Made by a program: the position numbers and the translations under genes
The notes under the pieces: generated by a model
Seen by the model: the letters and a program-made list of their open reading frames with translations, nothing else
The model's database searches: none
Told to the model about the DNA's origin: nothing
Origin: an uncultured Aminicenantes bacterium
GTDB taxonomy: Bacteria > Acidobacteriota > Aminicenantia > UBA2199
DNA length: 64,000 bases
Direction of reading: 5' to 3'
Assembly: GCA_965195285.1 (NCBI GenBank)
Contig: CBDAFS010000041.1
Coordinates: 1-64,000, forward strand
Shown here: piece after piece, positions 59,996 through 64,000 of the stretch
Layout of the letters: each line of letters starts with the position of its first letter
Numbering within the stretch: the stretch's first letter is position 1

Positions 59996-61381
59996 TTACG
60001 AATCTTTGATTTCGGGTATTTCCAGCCCGTACTGGGGGTTCTTTTTATCTTCCTGCTTCAGCAACAGGGCAAACAGGAATCCAAATAGACCCAGTCCGGC
60101 AAACATGAGTATGGTATAGGTATAGTTCAGGTTGGCGGTTCCGTCCCTGAGCATTTCAATGGTGATTCCGGGATTGACCAGGTCGGTGATTTTGCCGGCC
60201 AGAATGGGAAAGGCGAAAAGACCCAGATTCTGAATGGATGTCATGATTCCATAGGCGGTTCCCAGTCGCTTCTCTTCCACCAGTCGAGCCACGGCTGGCC
60301 ACATGGCTGCTGGGACCAGTGAAAGGGAGATGCCCAGAATAAACATGGATATGAAGGGAGTCACATGAGTCAGAGCCAGGGTTAAATGGGTCACCAGGAT
60401 CATCCCTGACCCGAAGGTCATCAGTGTCGCCCGTTTACCCTTTCGGTCCACAAACAACCCGAAGATAGGCGTGAACACAATAGTTCCCCATATGATCAAA
60501 CTGGTTAGCATGCCGCTGAGTTTTAAAGAGAAATTGAATTTGTTGTGCAGGAAATCCGGACAAAACGCCTGAAAGGGGAAAACCGCCGAATAAAAGGTGA
60601 GGCAGAGCAGGGAGATCAAGATAAATGATCTGTTTTTCAATATTTCAACGATGTCTCTGAAATGAAACTTTTCATCAGCCTCTAACATAGACTTGGATCG
60701 GGTGTTTTTTTCGTATTTTTTATCGTAAAAATTGTATATCAGGAAGAATAGAAATCCCACTCCCATGAAAACCGAGGCCACCCAGAGGGCGGTGGTCCAG
60801 CCTGACTTGGTTTCAATGAGAATGGGTGAGAAAATAAGTGCCGCTGCAGTTCCAAGCCGGGCGATGGCTAGGTTTACGGCAAAGCCAAAGGCCAGTTCCT
60901 TGCCCCGAAACCATTTGACTATTATCTTGTTGATGACCACGATACTGGTTTCGGCACCGAGACCGTACAGCAACCGGCCTAATATCATCATTTTTAGTTC
61001 AGGTGAATACTGGGGAAGAAAAGAGTTGAACAAAACATATCCGAATCCATTATCCCTGAAAAGGTCGCTGGCCCCATAGGCTGTTATCAATGCACCCATG
61101 GCACAAAATAGGGTGAATAATGCCCCTGTCTTCCGGATGCCGAAACGATCCAGAAATATCCCCCCAAAAACAGCCATTAACAGAAAGGTATTGGGGAATG
61201 AGTAGAATGAAACCAACATTCCGTACTCGGTAGAGCTGAAACCCAGCTGAATCTGCATGGTTTCCTTTATGGAAGACATGGCATCATAAACATAATAATT
61301 GGTCATGATTACTATGCTAACCAGAAATAAGAATCCCCATCTCAGCAATCGCTGGTTGGTTGATTTTTGTGTATCGGTCAT
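59996..61381 (-). CDS. MFS transporter (MFSD1-like)
   Basis: NYYVYD, YSFPN, GGIFLDRFG, GRLLYGLGAE, WFRGKELA, GTAYG. Confidence 0.9.
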   Translation of the reverse strand: MTDTQKSTNQRLLRWGFLFLVSIVIMTNYYVYDAMSSIKETMQIQLGFSSTEYGMLVSFYSFPNTFLLMAVFGGIFLDRFGIRKTGALFTLFCAMGALITAYGASDLFRDNGFGYVLFNSFLPQYSPELKMMILGRLLYGLGAETSIVVINKIIVKWFRGKELAFGFAVNLAIARLGTAAALIFSPILIETKSGWTTALWVASVFMGVGFLFFLIYNFYDKKYEKNTRSKSMLEADEKFHFRDIVEILKNRSFILISLLCLTFYSAVFPFQAFCPDFLHNKFNFSLKLSGMLTSLIIWGTIVFTPIFGLFVDRKGKRATLMTFGSGMILVTHLTLALTHVTPFISMFILGISLSLVPAAMWPAVARLVEEKRLGTAYGIMTSIQNLGLFAFPILAGKITDLVNPGITIEMLRDGTANLNYTYTILMFAGLGLFGFLFALLLKQEDKKNPQYGLEIPEIKDS

Positions 61382-61458
61382 GAGAATCTCCAGGAAAAGA
61401 AGTCATTATAAATAAGATTATTTCAAAAAGCAAATGGTTGAAACCCGGTGAGGGAGCC

Positions 61459-61487
61459 TTGACAATAAAAAATCAAATTTATACAAT
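61459..61487 (+). promoter_or_regulatory. Putative sigma70 promoter
   Basis: TTGACA-17 nt-TACAAT, followed by GGGAGG RBS. Confidence 0.65.
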
Positions 61488-61514
61488 TATTGTATTGATA
61501 ACGGGAGGTTATAA

Positions 61515-61961
61515 ATGAGTAAAAAATTGTTGATTGTTTTATTTGTGGCATTGTGTTTTATTTTTTCTGCATCCCTTTCTTTTGGTATTGATGATGACGC
61601 CAAAAAAGAGGAAAAGACAACCGAGGCCAATACCAAGGCCGAGAAGAGCAAGGCTGAGGCTAAAGATGAGAATATTAAAGAAGATGTCCAGCTCAATGAT
61701 CCCAGCAAGGAAATTGAAAAGAAAAGAGGCGGTTGCGGGATTCAATACAGGAATCATACTCCATGGACAATAAAAGTCTATGCCAACGGCTACTATCGCG
61801 GAACTGTTTATGGCTACAGTACGCTGAGTGTCTATACCAGTTGTAAAACAAGATTGGTTCTGTATGGACGCGCTGATTTTACCAATGGAACCTATTTGAA
61901 ATGGGGTCCCTATGTTTACTATACCCGCCATGCCTGGTTTACCTGGAATCTGTGGCGGTAA
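61515..61961 (+). CDS. Small secreted protein: signal peptide, charged linker, KKR-GG, aromatic two-Cys domain
   Basis: Strong promoter and RBS; sharply tripartite composition. Confidence 0.75.
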   Translation: MSKKLLIVLFVALCFIFSASLSFGIDDDAKKEEKTTEANTKAEKSKAEAKDENIKEDVQLNDPSKEIEKKRGGCGIQYRNHTPWTIKVYANGYYRGTVYGYSTLSVYTSCKTRLVLYGRADFTNGTYLKWGPYVYYTRHAWFTWNLWR

Positions 61962-61997
61962 TCCGGTCAACCCATTCTCAAGTAAATCATTGTATCG

Positions 61998-62017
61998 TTT
62001 CCCCCGGAGGGGGGAAA
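61998..62017 (+). terminator. Putative intrinsic terminator or processing hairpin
   Basis: TTTCCCCC-GGAG-GGGGGAAA followed by a T-run. Confidence 0.45.
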
Positions 62018-62031
62018 GAGTATATTTTTTT

Positions 62032-64000
62032 ATGAAAAAAAGTGCATCCCGAAATAGGGGCCTCGACAAGTATTGGTTTTGTTTAATATCGTTACTGATG
62101 ATTTTGAGTCTTGAACTTGTCCCTCAGACCAGAAGGGCGCTGTTGGTCGGTATTGATATTTATCGGCCCAATCTGACTTCGGTTCAAGAAAATCAGAAAA
62201 TGCTCTCCCAACTCAAAGGCCGCGGATCCTGGGACAATCTGAACGGGGCGGTCAATGACATGAAAGCCATGCGGGATATTTTAATTGCCCGTTTTGGTTT
62301 CAAACCGGGTTTCATCCGGGTTTTGCAAAATGAGTCGGCTACCCGGGAAAATATCATTTCAACCTTCAAAACCCATCTGATCGATTCAGCCTCACCCGGT
62401 GATATCTGCCTGTTTTTCTATGCGGGTCACGGTTCCCAGGTTGCCAATTCCTCAACCAGAGAGGAGGATGGCCTGGATGAAAGTCTGGTACCCTCCGATT
62501 CGTATCGGGGAGCAAGGGATATCAGGGATAAGGAATTGTGGAAACTATACAATGCGGTTCAGGAAAAAGGGGCATGTCTGACCGCTATCGTTGATTCCTG
62601 TCACAGCGGATCCATATCCAGAGGACTGAAAATTCAGGTTAAATACCGATATCTATCTCCGGATTTACGGGATGCTGCCGATTCCACCTGGTTTGAACAG
62701 ACTCCTGCCGAAAAAGGCGCACTCATCATTTCAGCTGCCCAGGATTTTGAACAGGCATCTGAAATTATCGATGAAGACAATCACAAACACGGTCTTTTTA
62801 CATGGGCTTTGCTGAAAACATTGAGAAGCGTTTCAGTTAGTGAACCTGCCAATCGCATTCTCCTCAGGGTAAAAGCCTTAATGCGGGCCCAGGGTAAAAT
62901 CCAGGAACCCAATATTGAAGCCACTCCGGAGCGAAAAAAAGCCCCGCTGTTTGGGATTCGGTCCGGGGAAATTTCAGGACAGACTATCATTGCGGTTCAA
63001 AAGGTATTCAAAGATAAAAACCGGGTCTCGTTTCTGGGAGGGATGGCCGCGGGTATCAGAAAAGGTTGCGAGTTGAAGCGTTTCAAAAATCCAAAGGCTG
63101 CCCGGGTTCGAATTACCGAGGTCAGGGGATTAAGTCTTAGTTTCGGAGATGTCATCCAGGGAGATATCAACCGGATCGCCTCCGGGGATCTCTTTGAAAT
63201 TGACAGATGGGTGATTGCCAACGAATTAAGATTGCGATTGTATATACCAAAGACCGGCTCCGGGTATTCTGCCTTAAAACGGCTGGCTCAGCAGGTATAT
63301 CAGGCGATCAGAGCCAAAGGGATAGTCTGGGTAAGCGATCCCACAGCTGAATCGCCGTCCCATATCATGTTCTGGGAGAATCAGGTCTGGAAACTTAAAC
63401 TGGACGGGGCCGGAACTAAAAACCTGGGTGTCAATCCCCTTGGCAAATTACTTAAAATCATATCGGTCCCCAAACCAACCGAAATCCGTTTTTTCCTCAG
63501 CTTGCCGCCTCCGATTGATCTGTATAATCGGATGGTATCTGAAATTGATGGGGATAACTCCCTGTTAAAATCCGTTGATTCTGCCCCAAGTGCCCACTAC
63601 ATCCTGACCGGGCAGTACCGGGATGGGCTCATCGGCTATGCCCTGTTGCTCCCCAATGTGTCCGGAGATCAGTCAGAGTATCTTCCCCTGCCCACGCGGA
63701 CGGATTGGGTGGAGCTGGAAGGTTCTCAGGGGAATCTGGCCGGGGTTGTGGGAAAACTGAAGCATTACACCGGGCAGATCATGAAGATAAAAGCCTGGCT
63801 GGAAATTGATTCTCCTCCGGATGAATCCAGGTTTCCCTACCATCTGGCCCTGAAGAATACCCGAACCGGAAGATTAAAAACCGAAGGAATTGCCTATCAG
63901 GGTGAAATCTACGGCCTGGTTTTAAAAACCGATAACACCGAAATTTGCCCCAATTTTGATTTTCATTATGTCTATGTATTCTCGATTGACAAATTTGGCA
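62032..64000 (+). CDS. Secreted metacaspase-like (C14) peptidase, 3'-truncated by window edge (absent from the ORF track)
   Basis: Manual translation of the N-terminal part from ATG 62032: RRALLVGID, LNGAVND, FFYAGHGSQ, EEDGLDESLVPSD, IVDSCHSG; the same frame reads FHYVYVFSIDKFG at the window end. Confidence 0.9.
   Translation, partial: MKKSASRNRGLDKYWFCLISLLMILSLELVPQTRRALLVGIDIYRPNLTSVQENQKMLSQLKGRGSWDNLNGAVNDMKAMRDILIARFGFKPGFIRVLQNESATRENIISTFKTHLIDSASPGDICLFFYAGHGSQVANSSTREEDGLDESLVPSDSYRGARDIRDKELWKLYNAVQEKGACLTAIVDSCHSGSISRGLKIQVKYRYLSPDLRDAADSTWFEQTPAEKGALIISAAQDFEQASEIIDEDNHKHGLFTWALLKTLRSVSVSEPANRILLRVKALMRAQGKIQEPNIEATPERKKAPLFGIRSGEISGQTIIAVQKVFKDKNRVSFLGGMAAGIRKGCELKRFKNPKAARVRITEVRGLSLSFGDVIQGDINRIASGDLFEIDRWVIANELRLRLYIPKTGSGYSALKRLAQQVYQAIRAKGIVWVSDPTAESPSHIMFWENQVWKLKLDGAGTKNLGVNPLGKLLKIISVPKPTEIRFFLSLPPPIDLYNRMVSEIDGDNSLLKSVDSAPSAHYILTGQYRDGLIGYALLLPNVSGDQSEYLPLPTRTDWVELEGSQGNLAGVVGKLKHYTGQIMKIKAWLEIDSPPDESRFPYHLALKNTRTGRLKTEGIAYQGEIYGLVLKTDNTEICPNFDFHYVYVFSIDKFG

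Overview
Bacterial chromosomal window from a diderm, probably anaerobic and peptide-scavenging organism. Gene content and repeat style resemble Candidatus Aminicenantes, which is an unverified inference. It contains the gap-pgk-tpiA-secG operon with tRNA-Leu and tRNA-Ser, rdgB, xth, HU, an NtrY-like kinase, envelope and transport genes, and two secreted caspase-family proteases. Many intergenic spacers are filled with simple-sequence hexamer/heptamer tracts and GTAG-type REP palindromes. The main signal lies at about 37.8-50.7 kb: one intact tRNA-Arg(CCT), one full-length degenerate copy and four 3'-fragments. The fragments sit inside short units bounded by inward-facing ~27-bp GGG(G)WC motifs, often with stuttered outer edges. 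These units alternate with unrelated single cargo genes (mmuM, rubredoxin-membrane protein, alpha/beta hydrolase, serine hydrolase, L-serine dehydratase), like an integron-style cassette array, but no recombinase is in the window. Other notable items are a 4.9-kb island bounded by an 83-bp direct repeat of the 3' end of a CI/LexA-like repressor gene, and an isochorismatase / CxxC-less TrxB-like / RlmN-like radical SAM operon whose enzyme lacks the resolving cysteine. There is also a caspase with four unfamiliar 67-aa repeats and a prepro-like small protein next to a metacaspase.
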